Shown: positions 44,631 through 55,010 of the stretch, one piece after another
Layout of the letters: every line of letters starts with the position of its first letter
Position numbering within the stretch: the stretch's first letter is position 1
DNA from: a virus
Reading direction: 5' to 3' (one strand)
IMG/VR virus record: IMGVR_UViG_3300029957_000007
Coordinates: 32,001 to 96,000 of that record
Length of the DNA: 64,000 bases
The notes under the pieces: generated by a model
Told to the model about the DNA's origin: nothing
The model's database searches: none
The model's input: the letters and a program-made list of their open reading frames with translations, nothing else
Position numbers and translations under genes: made by a program

Positions 44631-46190
44631 ATGTCACTCACTGTTTATCCAGCAGCATTTGATCAGTTTCCAGAACGTGTTGATGGGCCAGGTCAATGGA
44701 TCATGGCTGAACACGTAAACTTCATTCAAGACGCTGTCACATCAATTGAACAGATCCTTGGTACCAATCCACAAGGATCCTATTCAACTGTGTCCGCAAG
44801 AATTGCTGCAGCTGGCGGTGGTGGTGAAGGAACTCGTTTAGTGAGAGAGAGCTTTTCAGTTGCTCATTCAAACAGCGAAGTTGCTTTGACGCTTCATTAC
44901 ACACCATTGGCCATCGAATCGTTCACTGCGTTCATGAACAATCTCTATGTTCAAGAGACGTTCTTCCAATTGCTTGTAGGAAATAGCAGTGGATATATGT
45001 CATTTGACACGGTCACTGGAAACATTTTGTTGGTTCCAAACTACAATGGCGTCAATGAGATCAATCAGATTCTGCAAATAGAGCCAAGTGGAAAGATCTC
45101 GGCTCTTTGTGGCAATGGCACGACTGGGTTTTCAGGAGATGGTGGATTAGCAATCAACGCTCAATTCAATAATCTTCAATGTGTGAAAGCGTATCCAACA
45201 GCGATATTCGTTCTTGATGCAGGAAATAATCGGATCAGAAAAATCGATAGATCAACTGGTATTGTGACAACTGTCGCTGGCAATGGATCTAACGGTACCA
45301 CTGGTGATGGTGGACAAGCAACATCAGCTTCAATAAACCCAGGTGATTTAGCATGGGACCCAGCCAGAAATTTTCTTTACATGGGTTCATATACGAACAT
45401 GCGAAAAGTCGATCTAAACACAGGCGTCATAGATAGATTTGCTGGGATATACAATTCTTCTGGATATTCTGGTGATGGTGGCCAAGCGCTTTCTGCTACA
45501 TTTACTTTTTGCAATAGCATAGCTATAGACAGCCATGGCAATGTTTATTTCAGCGATCTATCAAGCGCTGTGATAAGAAAGATCACACAAACTACCAACA
45601 TCATAACTAAATATGCTGGTGGTAATGGCCAAGGCTACAATGGTGATGGTGTCGCTGTCAATGTCGAGATCAATACAGCATTTGCATTGACATTTTCAAG
45701 TGGTGATGTTTTGTACTTCGTCGATGAAGGTAACGACATCATCAGAAAAATAGATCCAGGCACTGGGCATATCATAACAATTACCGGTACTCCGTTACAA
45801 TCTGCGGCTAACGGTTATGGCCCGTGGCCGATGCCAATTACGACACCACAAACAGTAGCTGGCATTGCATTTGATGAAACAAACAACAAGATTTACGTAA
45901 ATGAAAACAACACTGGCTTCGGCATCTTCGATCTTACAGCTGGAACGTGGGATATTTTTGCAAAAGGCGCTACGATGTCTATCTCTACAAATAAAAAGAC
46001 ATCACAATGGCCAGTGCTTCCAGATGCAACTGAATATGCCAATGTCAAAGATGCACTTCAAAAGTACTCTCTACAAAATGGCGTGTTCTATCCAGGCGCT
46101 GGGAAGGTTGTGAATGCATTTTCAAAGATCGCTCCATTCTATTCAATTGACACGTACCACGTTTCATACCTCACGAACGACGCTCCATAG
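44631..46190 (+). CDS. Virion protein with NHL-repeat beta-propeller
   Basis: Repeats of AG.G..G..GDGG.A; N-terminal AEHVN.IQDAV..IEQ.LG anchor motif. Confidence 0.75.
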   Translation: MSLTVYPAAFDQFPERVDGPGQWIMAEHVNFIQDAVTSIEQILGTNPQGSYSTVSARIAAAGGGGEGTRLVRESFSVAHSNSEVALTLHYTPLAIESFTAFMNNLYVQETFFQLLVGNSSGYMSFDTVTGNILLVPNYNGVNEINQILQIEPSGKISALCGNGTTGFSGDGGLAINAQFNNLQCVKAYPTAIFVLDAGNNRIRKIDRSTGIVTTVAGNGSNGTTGDGGQATSASINPGDLAWDPARNFLYMGSYTNMRKVDLNTGVIDRFAGIYNSSGYSGDGGQALSATFTFCNSIAIDSHGNVYFSDLSSAVIRKITQTTNIITKYAGGNGQGYNGDGVAVNVEINTAFALTFSSGDVLYFVDEGNDIIRKIDPGTGHIITITGTPLQSAANGYGPWPMPITTPQTVAGIAFDETNNKIYVNENNTGFGIFDLTAGTWDIFAKGATMSISTNKKTSQWPVLPDATEYANVKDALQKYSLQNGVFYPGAGKVVNAFSKIAPFYSIDTYHVSYLTNDAP

Positions 46191-46199
46191 GAGTTGAAA

Positions 46200-46400
46200 A
46201 TGGGAGCTTACGGTAAATCACCATATGGTGTGGCAGCGTATGGTGTTGACACAACGGCTGTCAAAAGAATTCTCACTTTAAGCTGGGATGTTAAAAGCTC
46301 CATACCAGCGACAACACCGAAGCTCCCAGTCGTGAGTGATATCCTTCAGCGACCCCAAACACCAGAACTCACTGGTCTTGAGAAGAGAGGCGAACGATGA
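46200..46400 (+). CDS. Small virion protein
   Basis: YGxxxYG repeats at the N-terminus. Confidence 0.45.
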   Translation: MGAYGKSPYGVAAYGVDTTAVKRILTLSWDVKSSIPATTPKLPVVSDILQRPQTPELTGLEKRGER

Positions 46401-47149
46401 GCGTCGTGGTTTCTTGGATTCCACCTGATCAGATCCTCGACATCGGTGAGAAGAACACCGTTGTTAGAGTCATGATCAATCGTTCGCCTCTAGCTGGCGG
46501 ACCATTCGCAAATATTGCGAACGTCGATGCCGTCGATCAGACCGGCTGCAAAGTCACGATGTTTGAAGATCTTGACGGGACTCTTGACCATTGGTATACC
46601 ATTCAATTCCAGAATCAAACTGGTCAAGTGAGTGCACCAACAGCACCAGGTCAAGCTGGTTACATAGATAAGAAATACGAGATGCTTCAAGATGTGAGAT
46701 ACCGATTGTTTGATTTTGATCCGACGAAATATCGTCTTGATGACGAGACTTTCATTTGGGTCACAGGACAATTGAACTCATTCCTGCAACAAGCTCTCAA
46801 TCGCGTCAATCAAACGCCTCCTCGCTTAACCAATCTCAGTTTTGAAGATCAGGTGCTTCCAACTGAATTGGTCAAGGACTGGACAGTGTTTTACGCATTG
46901 AAGTCGAGAGCTATCTTGGAGAACTTCAATGCCTTCCAATTTAGCGATGGCGTCAGCTTGACATATGAACGTGCTTCGAAGCTTTTTCAAGCTTCTGATG
47001 GTACGTTCAGCAACATTGATACAGCTACTCAAAGATGGAAGAGAGCTTATCGCCCAAGAGCCATTGGCTTCGGTACGAGCAGACTTCCATTCCGTGTTCT
47101 TCGTCCGCTCAGCTTCCTGCCTAACATGAAGAATGTGTTCGGCATCTAG
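46397..47149 (+). CDS. Head-tail adaptor (neck) protein with N-terminal FN3-like domain
   Basis: DVRYRLFD...ALNRVNQTPP...F..SDG.SL pattern; gene position. Confidence 0.65.
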   Translation: MSVVVSWIPPDQILDIGEKNTVVRVMINRSPLAGGPFANIANVDAVDQTGCKVTMFEDLDGTLDHWYTIQFQNQTGQVSAPTAPGQAGYIDKKYEMLQDVRYRLFDFDPTKYRLDDETFIWVTGQLNSFLQQALNRVNQTPPRLTNLSFEDQVLPTELVKDWTVFYALKSRAILENFNAFQFSDGVSLTYERASKLFQASDGTFSNIDTATQRWKRAYRPRAIGFGTSRLPFRVLRPLSFLPNMKNVFGI

Positions 47150-47151
47150 AG

Positions 47152-47625
47152 GTGAACATGTCTACAGCTTTCCCAAATGGCATCGACACCTTTAATGATA
47201 AGGTGGATGAAGATGTCCCACAAGAAGAAACACAATCCATTCCGGCGACCACACCATTCACAATCCAACTAGGTGAAAAGCCTAAGGGCCCATCACGTGG
47301 AACGAATGGTGTGATCAACTCTTCTACTGTCTTTGTCTTCGGATTCAAAGAGGTAGAAGGTACACCGCAGGTGAAAGGTCAATACAACGTCGACTACAAT
47401 TCAGGCATTGTGACCTTTCATCCTGACAACAAGAGTCAAACGATCACAGTGCAGTATCTCACGGCTGGTGATCCAATCACTGCAGAGGACTTCAATACTG
47501 TTCAAGATGCGATAGTTGCTCTTGAACAGTTTTGCCTTGCTCCATATCTGAAAGACGTGAACAACGTCAAGTGGTACTTAAAGGTAGATGCAACTGGCGC
47601 TCTCTTCACGAGCAACCAACCATGA
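47152..47625 (+). CDS. Virion structural protein
   Basis: AFPNGIDTF and AEDFN.VQDAI.ALEQ motifs shared with 44631. Confidence 0.6.
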   Translation: MNMSTAFPNGIDTFNDKVDEDVPQEETQSIPATTPFTIQLGEKPKGPSRGTNGVINSSTVFVFGFKEVEGTPQVKGQYNVDYNSGIVTFHPDNKSQTITVQYLTAGDPITAEDFNTVQDAIVALEQFCLAPYLKDVNNVKWYLKVDATGALFTSNQP

Positions 47626-50534
47626 AGACGATCAAGATCTTGGCACTATTGTTGATGGCCGTTGTGTCTTCAGCAATAGCTATGCCAACACAAACATCTC
47701 CAGTAGCCACAGTCAACTTCACTGGTGATGGTACTGGCAACTACATCGACTTTATGACTGGATCTGGTTCTAACAGAGTCCTGATCGTAACGTCAACACA
47801 GTACGATCCATCACTGACTACGCTGACCAGTGTAACTTGGAATGGCTTGCCATTGACAAAGTACATTGACAGACATCACACTGATGGAATCAGCTATGCA
47901 AATGTTGAGTTTTGGTATTTGCTGAATCCACCAGCGAATACTGATGCTCACGTGTTGTTTAACTACAGTAATAGCGCTGGTTCATATCTCATTGGAGCCA
48001 TCGAATATTCTGGTTGCAATACTGGATCTCCATTCCTTCAAAACGCAAATGATGAAGGAGTAGGCACAAACAGCACTATCTCGATGTTTCCAGCATCTGG
48101 CGATAGCCTTATGTTGGATGCTGTTATATCGAATGGTGGACCAGGCTCGGTTTCTCCAGCTGGATTCCTTGGCACTATATACAACTCTTCATTTTTCTCG
48201 AATGCAGCTGCTGGCGCTTTGGAATGGTCAACGCCTTCAGGCTTTTCATACGCATCAAATTTTGGTTCAAATTCAAACTATGAAAATGTGTTAGTAGAAC
48301 TTGCTCCAGCACCAGCACCAATTGCTGGCATCAATGGTCTCTACTATGGTGATGCGTCTGGCGGTCAGATACATGACTACTCGAACAATGGCAATGATCT
48401 GACGATGTACGGGACTGTTGCTAACCCATCGTCACCAACACCTCCGCAAGGTGATCATTGGCTTGGTGGTGACAATTGGTCTACAACAAACTACATGACG
48501 GTTCCAACTGTTGTGTACAACAACGGTCAAGGTTCAATTGGCTTCTGGTTTCGACAAACGATTCCAGCGACAGGTCAAGTCAATAAGTTCATCATGAGAA
48601 TTGGTGGAACAGATCTAAGCTCCAATCCAATTGAGATCATGAGGATCTCGTACATAAACGATCAAACGTCACTGCATTATATTGAGATTCCAAGATACAC
48701 AACGGGATCTTGTACTCTCAATGGTTACATAGCTGCGAATTTCAATTCAATAAATACCAATCACTACTTCAGATACGAATGGGGTTCATTCGGCGCAAGA
48801 CTCCGAATGGATGGCGTTGTAGTAAGCTCAACTACTGTGCAGAATGGAGCTATTTCAACTGTCACTGACATTGAGATTGGTGGTTATCCACCTGGTACTT
48901 TCCCAATGTGCTATGGCAGTACACCAATCGGTTGGATTGGATTGCTTGATGGTGTGATGTTTAGCAGCGATCCAAATCAACTTGATCCTAGCGGTCCGAC
49001 TGCTACACCAACGTATTCTGTGTCGCCTACAATTTCGGCGACACCATCGAATACACCTTCACCAACATCAACACCAACATCAACACCATCGAATACACCA
49101 ACGATCACTCCAACTGCTCTTTATGCAGATGCTGATCAATACAATGTGAACACAGCGTTCATGTTGAATGGAAGTCTTGCAACTCAGCCATACAATATCT
49201 CTTTGGCTGTGAGCTTCTATCCAAATCAGATTGGGCCACAAAGTAAGGTGTGGCTCTATCTGAAGAGGATAGGGATTGGAATGGCAATTGGGAATCTTCA
49301 ATTGCGTATCCATCAGAATGATTCGAGTAGTGGAACAGATAAACCACTTGGACAAGGAACTATCATCGGTGCAATTCCAGCATCATCTGTGCCAACGTCA
49401 TATCAATACATGACATTCACGGTGATGACGAATTCTGTCTCCCTGATTCCAGGTCAGAAGTACTGGATGTCATTGTCCAAAGCAACACCTTCAATCGACG
49501 CATCTAATTACGTTCAATGGCGATTGAACAACGTGAACACATTCCCATCAGTTCAAGGGAATGGAACATACACAAATGCTGGTTGGATCTTGATCTCGCC
49601 GGATTTCATGTTCGTTGATTACTCGACGAATACATCTCCAACGATCACTCAGACATGGACATCAACATCAACTGTGTCTCCAACACCAAGCATTACTCAA
49701 ACGTTCACGTTCACGAATACGAAGACAGTGACACTCACTCGTTCACCAACGCCAACATCAAGTCCAACAGCTACTAGCACGGTGACGCTCACTTCTTCAC
49801 CAACGCCAACAAGCACGAAGTCGCCAACTATTACGAAGACAGCGACAGCGACACCAACGCTTCCAGGAACATATACTGACACGCCGACATTGACAGTCAC
49901 AAGAACCCTGGTAGCAACAAAGACCTGGACGATGTCGTCAACGCCAAGTTCGACGATCAGTCCAACATTCACATTGTCGTCTACACGTACCATCACAAAG
50001 ACGAAGACTGTGACACCAACATATACAGCAACACCAACTGCAACGCCAACTGCAACGCCAACCAATTCACCGACAAGAACAATCACAGCCACATACACGT
50101 CGAGTCCGACAATTTCTCCGACATTCACAGCAAGTCCGAATTTGTCGAGTACTCAAACGCAAACAGTTACACCGTCGGCAACGCCAACGATCACGGCAAC
50201 ATTTACGATCACGGCGACATTTACATCGTCACCAACTGCAACACCTTCATGCACACCAATCATCAATCACGTCTATGTCAATCCAGCGAATTATCTCCTT
50301 GGTGTTGCTGCATTTAGCAATGTGTCGGTTGTGACACAAACATTGAGCGGATTGAACCGTTGGTTGCCATCAACGTACTTGGTGACAGTGACTGCTCAAA
50401 CTTATGATGCATCAACGTTCTATCAGATCACAAATGGAACGAAGCAGTTCACAATCACAGCAATCGATACAGGAACTTCACTACCAAAGACGGTGACAGC
50501 TAACGTCAATTGGACAGCGAGGATCTTGTACTAG
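47622..50534 (+). CDS. Large signal-peptide protein: beta domains, LamG-like domain, extended Thr/Pro/Ser repeats, fibre-tip-like C-terminus
   Basis: MKTIKILALLLMAVVSSAIA (ATGA overlap at 47622); GSIGFWF...H....W....L.MDG LamG pattern; ~210-aa T/P tract. Confidence 0.65.
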   Translation: MKTIKILALLLMAVVSSAIAMPTQTSPVATVNFTGDGTGNYIDFMTGSGSNRVLIVTSTQYDPSLTTLTSVTWNGLPLTKYIDRHHTDGISYANVEFWYLLNPPANTDAHVLFNYSNSAGSYLIGAIEYSGCNTGSPFLQNANDEGVGTNSTISMFPASGDSLMLDAVISNGGPGSVSPAGFLGTIYNSSFFSNAAAGALEWSTPSGFSYASNFGSNSNYENVLVELAPAPAPIAGINGLYYGDASGGQIHDYSNNGNDLTMYGTVANPSSPTPPQGDHWLGGDNWSTTNYMTVPTVVYNNGQGSIGFWFRQTIPATGQVNKFIMRIGGTDLSSNPIEIMRISYINDQTSLHYIEIPRYTTGSCTLNGYIAANFNSINTNHYFRYEWGSFGARLRMDGVVVSSTTVQNGAISTVTDIEIGGYPPGTFPMCYGSTPIGWIGLLDGVMFSSDPNQLDPSGPTATPTYSVSPTISATPSNTPSPTSTPTSTPSNTPTITPTALYADADQYNVNTAFMLNGSLATQPYNISLAVSFYPNQIGPQSKVWLYLKRIGIGMAIGNLQLRIHQNDSSSGTDKPLGQGTIIGAIPASSVPTSYQYMTFTVMTNSVSLIPGQKYWMSLSKATPSIDASNYVQWRLNNVNTFPSVQGNGTYTNAGWILISPDFMFVDYSTNTSPTITQTWTSTSTVSPTPSITQTFTFTNTKTVTLTRSPTPTSSPTATSTVTLTSSPTPTSTKSPTITKTATATPTLPGTYTDTPTLTVTRTLVATKTWTMSSTPSSTISPTFTLSSTRTITKTKTVTPTYTATPTATPTATPTNSPTRTITATYTSSPTISPTFTASPNLSSTQTQTVTPSATPTITATFTITATFTSSPTATPSCTPIINHVYVNPANYLLGVAAFSNVSVVTQTLSGLNRWLPSTYLVTVTAQTYDASTFYQITNGTKQFTITAIDTGTSLPKTVTANVNWTARILY

Positions 50535-50554
50535 CCATTCGCTCTGGATCAGTG

Positions 50555-51442
50555 ATGTCTACCAAATTTGGGACCTCACGGTTCGGCACTTCTGTCTTTT
50601 CAGAGGTGCCGGACCAGAGCGGTGTAGTTGTACAACCAGAAAGCTACACCCCAAAGCATTCAAAATTCTTCACGCCAAAAATGGCGAAAGAGATCAGGCG
50701 TCGCCACAACATGGCTGTGAAGAATTGGGGCACTGAATATGTGCTCTATTCTAGAAAGCTGAATGGTGAGCATCTGACCTTCAAGATCTCGGAGTTTGAT
50801 ACCACGAGTCCATACAGCAAGACCATTTGGACTCGTGGTGTTGGGCGCAATGCGAATTTCGGACATCCAAACACACAGAAACTTGTCGTGAAGGCCAATG
50901 GTCTTTTCTTATCTCAAGTGAATGATGAGAAAGCGCTGTTTGGGACCTTCTCATTCTACATCAAAGTGATGCAGGACAAGTCGATCGTGTTGCTATTCAG
51001 TCCAAACTTCGATCCAACTGGCAAGTTGATCGTTGTAGAATATGATTCCATTTGCCATTGTACAGACCCAGTCTCAATGCAGTCTTCAAATCCAAGATGT
51101 CCGCTCTGTTTTGGTACCACCTTTGAAGGTGGCTATGATCGTTACTACAATCCAGAACATCCATTTGGTTACGTGAGCATCAGAAAGCGCTTCAGTGCAA
51201 GAGCTCAACAGTTGAAGGAACAAGGCTTCGCTGTTTCTAACCAAGCAGAATTCTGGACGATCCCAGAACCAGGCATGAAGGATAAGGACATCGTTGAGCA
51301 AGTGGATGGCAATGAAAAAAGCAAACGTTTCTTCATCACAAACTGGAATATGCATAATGTTGGAGTGCATGATACATCGCAGGTTTTCCAAATGACTGAA
51401 CTGACGTCAACGGATCCTGCCTATGCTATGTCATTCCTATGA
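50555..51442 (+). CDS. Neck/head-closure protein
   Basis: C.C....CPLCFGT.FEGGY motif; gene position. Confidence 0.65.
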   Translation: MSTKFGTSRFGTSVFSEVPDQSGVVVQPESYTPKHSKFFTPKMAKEIRRRHNMAVKNWGTEYVLYSRKLNGEHLTFKISEFDTTSPYSKTIWTRGVGRNANFGHPNTQKLVVKANGLFLSQVNDEKALFGTFSFYIKVMQDKSIVLLFSPNFDPTGKLIVVEYDSICHCTDPVSMQSSNPRCPLCFGTTFEGGYDRYYNPEHPFGYVSIRKRFSARAQQLKEQGFAVSNQAEFWTIPEPGMKDKDIVEQVDGNEKSKRFFITNWNMHNVGVHDTSQVFQMTELTSTDPAYAMSFL

Positions 51443-51954
51443 TGGGATTCAAAGTTTCTTTGCAGATGAAAAAGAGCGCTATAGCAAAATTAGTAGTCGG
51501 TACAACACTCACTGAGGTTACGGAAAAAGCTCTTGATCTCATTAGACAAGATCTTATGCGCAACCTACAACTTGAAGCAGCTCAAGCCGACTTCAAACAG
51601 ACCAGCGGCAAGTACGTTCAGTCGATCAAGGTAGAGAGAAGACGAGGCTACCTCAGGATCTACTCAATACACCCAGCAGCGTCAGCTATTGAGTATGGCT
51701 TCAAAGAAGAGAGGCCAATGACGTGGTTGGTCACTGGTAACGCTATTGCATTCAAAACGGAAGATGGAAAGACGATCATCAGGCACGTGACTGCTGAAAT
51801 GATTGGTCGACCATCTGATCATTCTAAGTCTGGTAAGTCATGGACTTATCCGATCATGGAAGGCAAGTTCATCTTCACAAGAGCTTTGAAGAAGACAATG
51901 CCAGATGTCAGAAGACATCTTTCAAGGATCTATAAGATCATCGTAGAGGATTGA
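51439..51954 (+). CDS. Neck/tail-completion protein (HK97 gp10-like position)
   Basis: A.AIEYG and W.YP.MEG..IF.RA motifs. Confidence 0.55.
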   Translation: MMGFKVSLQMKKSAIAKLVVGTTLTEVTEKALDLIRQDLMRNLQLEAAQADFKQTSGKYVQSIKVERRRGYLRIYSIHPAASAIEYGFKEERPMTWLVTGNAIAFKTEDGKTIIRHVTAEMIGRPSDHSKSGKSWTYPIMEGKFIFTRALKKTMPDVRRHLSRIYKIIVED

Positions 51955-51955
51955 C

Positions 51956-52666
51956 ATGGCCAACGATCAAGCAGCTTTCGTCTTCGGTGAGCAGTTGATC
52001 CTTACTGGTGTTTCGATTTTGCAAGATGCATTTAAGAATTCCGGCTTTGAGCCAAATGCATTTAGCAAGAACGATCCAAACTGCACTGGTGAAGACAAAT
52101 CCTCAGCGACAGACGAGGATGATAGGCTTTTGACATGGAACAACAACAGAGAAGAGACTGAAGGTCTCGTGATCACAGAGAAAGAGCCATTCGACATTCA
52201 AAGATTTCCAACCATCACAACTTCGATATCCAATGGTGACATGAAGAATCTCGACTTTGGTCAGTTCATGAGACCATATGTCAAAGATGGTGTTCATGTC
52301 GGTGACGTACTTGGAGGTGGAGGTGAGTTCGATATGGTCTTCAGATGCATGGCTGAGTCCACTGCCATGAGGAAGAAGATGACAGATCGAGTGATGGCAG
52401 TCCTCTTGATCAAACGAGAGGAATTCTGGAAATATGGTGTCACACTTCAAACTGTTCGACTCGGCGGATACAACTCAATCCCCTACATCAATAACGATAA
52501 GAGCATCTATTACTCAGACATCGTTGCGCATTGCTGGGGAGAGTGGGAATTCCCGTTCGACAAACGCCTTCCGCTACTCAAACAGTTCAAATTGGCTTTT
52601 CAACTCGTCAGAGGCCAAGTTCAAAGCTCTACAAAACTTCTCTGGAACGTTGAGAACAATCCATAA
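51956..52666 (+). CDS. Tail terminator protein
   Basis: Directly upstream of the sheath; I.RFP.IT..S pattern. Confidence 0.6.
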   Translation: MANDQAAFVFGEQLILTGVSILQDAFKNSGFEPNAFSKNDPNCTGEDKSSATDEDDRLLTWNNNREETEGLVITEKEPFDIQRFPTITTSISNGDMKNLDFGQFMRPYVKDGVHVGDVLGGGGEFDMVFRCMAESTAMRKKMTDRVMAVLLIKREEFWKYGVTLQTVRLGGYNSIPYINNDKSIYYSDIVAHCWGEWEFPFDKRLPLLKQFKLAFQLVRGQVQSSTKLLWNVENNP

Positions 52667-52677
52667 AGGAGGATAGC

Positions 52678-54471
52678 ATGTCAAGTCCGATCTTCAGGGA
52701 TCTTGGAGTGTTTTCCAAGACCATCATCAACACCGTGCCAGTGCAGCAAGGTGGTGTACTGGTTCCTGGCGTCATTGGCTTTGGTCGTGACTGGTTCATC
52801 GTCACTTCAGAAGCTGTGACCAAGTCGCCGTCAAGCAACAATGACAACACAGCGAATCCGATCACGAAGGTGCTCAACCGAGTGGGTGACACACCGACCA
52901 GCAGCGATTATGTGATTGGCACTGACGTGTCGATCCAATCGCCTACGCCAACTGGAGTCGTGTGGAACAACACGGTGATCTTACCTCCGACGATCACTTC
53001 ATCGACTGTGATCCCCAGTGGTGGAAGCTTTGCTTCTGGAACTTGGTTCTTCGTGATCACATCGAAGAATGCATGGGGTGAGACTATCGCTTCGACTGAA
53101 GTTGAAGTTGATATTGCTGCTGGCATTACCAACTCGATCCAGTTGAACTGGAGCCTCGTTCCCAAGGCTTCTTCGTACACTGTGTATGGCACTTTGGTGA
53201 GTGGCACCTACGGTGCGACATCATTGATCGCCACCACAGCGAACACATCTATCACGATCACGTCCTTTGCTCCGACCGCTGGGCAACCTCCAGTTTCGAG
53301 CACTGCGTACAACAAGCCGGCTGCCAACGCGACGTTCTATGTCACGTATGACCGCTTCAAGATCGCCACCGATTACGCTCCACAGTTCGTCACATCGTTC
53401 TCAGATGTTCAGACAAGCTATGGTGGTGACACAATCAACACTGGCACTTTCAGCTCACCAGTGTACACGCTGAATCCTCTGGGCTTGGCTGCCGATCTGA
53501 TCTTTGCCAACGGTGCACAGGGCATGTACATGGTTCAGCTGAACAACGTCACAGTGAACAACCCAGTGAACACTCTCACTCCAGCTTCAGGTGACGGTGA
53601 CATTCGGAATGCTTTCAAGAATGCGCTGGCTCAGCTTGAAGGCAAGAATGTGTACTACATCGTCGGACTCTCAACCAACGCCAACACGAGACAAGACATC
53701 TTCAATCACGTCACGAACATGTCGAGTGAACAGCGTCGTGCAGAGCGAGTCATGTTCTACAGCTTCCCACAGGGTGAGATCATCGGCGATCCATCAACCG
53801 GTGGAACGATGACAGGCACTGCGAAGGCCTACTCACTTTTGGGTGGAGCTTTAGCTGGTCGCATCATCTTGATCGGCAACAATCAAGGCACCAAGCAGAT
53901 CGCGAATGATGATGGCTCATCGCAGACACTCACTTTGACTGGTGAGTACTTTGCTGCTGCTTTGGCTGGCAAGCAGAGTGGCATGCAGCGCATCACTTTC
54001 CCGATCAATCGCAAGCCGATCAGCGGTATCGATACAATGGTGCCGTTCAGCGAAGAGAACAGGTTGTTCCTGCAAAACAACGGCGTGTCAGTGCTCTACT
54101 ACGTCGGTGAGACGATCATCTCGGTTTCACGTCTGTTGACGTGTGCCAATGATCTGATCGAATACCAGGAGCTCACCACTCTGCAGCAGATCGATGTTGT
54201 TGGTTCGGACATGAGACAAACACTGGAGAATATCTTCATCGTCTCCGGTGATGCCATCATTGATGAGACCACACCGATCCTGGTTCAGAACATGGTGAAT
54301 GTGATCTTGAAACGTGACAAGCAGAACAAGCTGATCAGCGATTGGTTCCCTGACTCAACGAAAGCGACTCAGGATCCAAACACGCCGACGCTCATCAACA
54401 TCACCTACAAGATGAAGTTGGTGTATCCACTGCTGAACGCCGAGATCACCCAGGTTATCTCACTGACATAG
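52678..54471 (+). CDS. Tail sheath protein
   Basis: 597 aa; H...MSS..R.ER, AAALAG, L.QNGV..L and VPF motifs; followed by the tube gene. Confidence 0.85.
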   Translation: MSSPIFRDLGVFSKTIINTVPVQQGGVLVPGVIGFGRDWFIVTSEAVTKSPSSNNDNTANPITKVLNRVGDTPTSSDYVIGTDVSIQSPTPTGVVWNNTVILPPTITSSTVIPSGGSFASGTWFFVITSKNAWGETIASTEVEVDIAAGITNSIQLNWSLVPKASSYTVYGTLVSGTYGATSLIATTANTSITITSFAPTAGQPPVSSTAYNKPAANATFYVTYDRFKIATDYAPQFVTSFSDVQTSYGGDTINTGTFSSPVYTLNPLGLAADLIFANGAQGMYMVQLNNVTVNNPVNTLTPASGDGDIRNAFKNALAQLEGKNVYYIVGLSTNANTRQDIFNHVTNMSSEQRRAERVMFYSFPQGEIIGDPSTGGTMTGTAKAYSLLGGALAGRIILIGNNQGTKQIANDDGSSQTLTLTGEYFAAALAGKQSGMQRITFPINRKPISGIDTMVPFSEENRLFLQNNGVSVLYYVGETIISVSRLLTCANDLIEYQELTTLQQIDVVGSDMRQTLENIFIVSGDAIIDETTPILVQNMVNVILKRDKQNKLISDWFPDSTKATQDPNTPTLINITYKMKLVYPLLNAEITQVISLT

Positions 54472-54491
54472 TTCAACAGGTCGTGAAACAT

Positions 54492-54520
54492 GATCCACTC
54501 AGGAGTCACCTGGGTGGATC
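54492..54520 (+). promoter_or_regulatory. 12-bp hairpin between the sheath and tube genes
   Basis: gatccactcagg-agtca-cctgggtggatc. Confidence 0.55.
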
Positions 54521-54556
54521 TGCACGGCCCCTAGAACCCACTTTTAGGAGCAAGAC

Positions 54557-54988
54557 ATGGCCAATCCGAACATGAACCATGTCGTTTCTCAGTCGGCGAC
54601 ATTCATCGCCTCTGGACGACGGGTCGGTTCAGTTCAATCGGTGAGCCCTTCAGAGAATCTCACAACGATCCTCATCCGTGAATTGGATGCTGATATCGCT
54701 GGTGAGATCATCGAGATCGGCATCGGTGTTCCGAGCTTTAGCTTGGGGCTGACGAAGTTCATGCTTTACCAGCAGACCTTCTTCGCTGCCTTGGGCTACG
54801 TGGTTCGCAACATCGGCGACATCACTGATCCACTGGATCTGCAAGTCGCTTTCCGTTCTGCCAAGACTGGCAACACGGTTGCGAAGACATTCATCGATGG
54901 TGTGCTGAAGAGCCTGACTTCGTCAGTGAACATCGGCACCATCTTGATCACGGAAAACGGCAACTTCGACGTGCGTTCCATTGTCTAA
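54557..54988 (+). CDS. Tail tube protein
   Basis: 143 aa after the sheath; VGSVQS.S..E....RE and I.E....DVR pattern. Confidence 0.8.
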   Translation: MANPNMNHVVSQSATFIASGRRVGSVQSVSPSENLTTILIRELDADIAGEIIEIGIGVPSFSLGLTKFMLYQQTFFAALGYVVRNIGDITDPLDLQVAFRSAKTGNTVAKTFIDGVLKSLTSSVNIGTILITENGNFDVRSIV

Positions 54989-55010
54989 CTAAAAGCTTGA
55001 GGACAAAGAA

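Noticed and set aside
47532-47621. Longer N-termini given by the ORF track for 47532, 40234, 16396 and 10450
   Set aside because: Downstream ATGs have better RBS or stop-start overlap and expose signal peptides or TM starts; the extensions overlap other genes or a terminator
35035-54510. GTCACC hexamer before the 35130/protease, MCP and tube genes as a late promoter
   Set aside because: A 6-mer expected many times by chance; absent before other late genes
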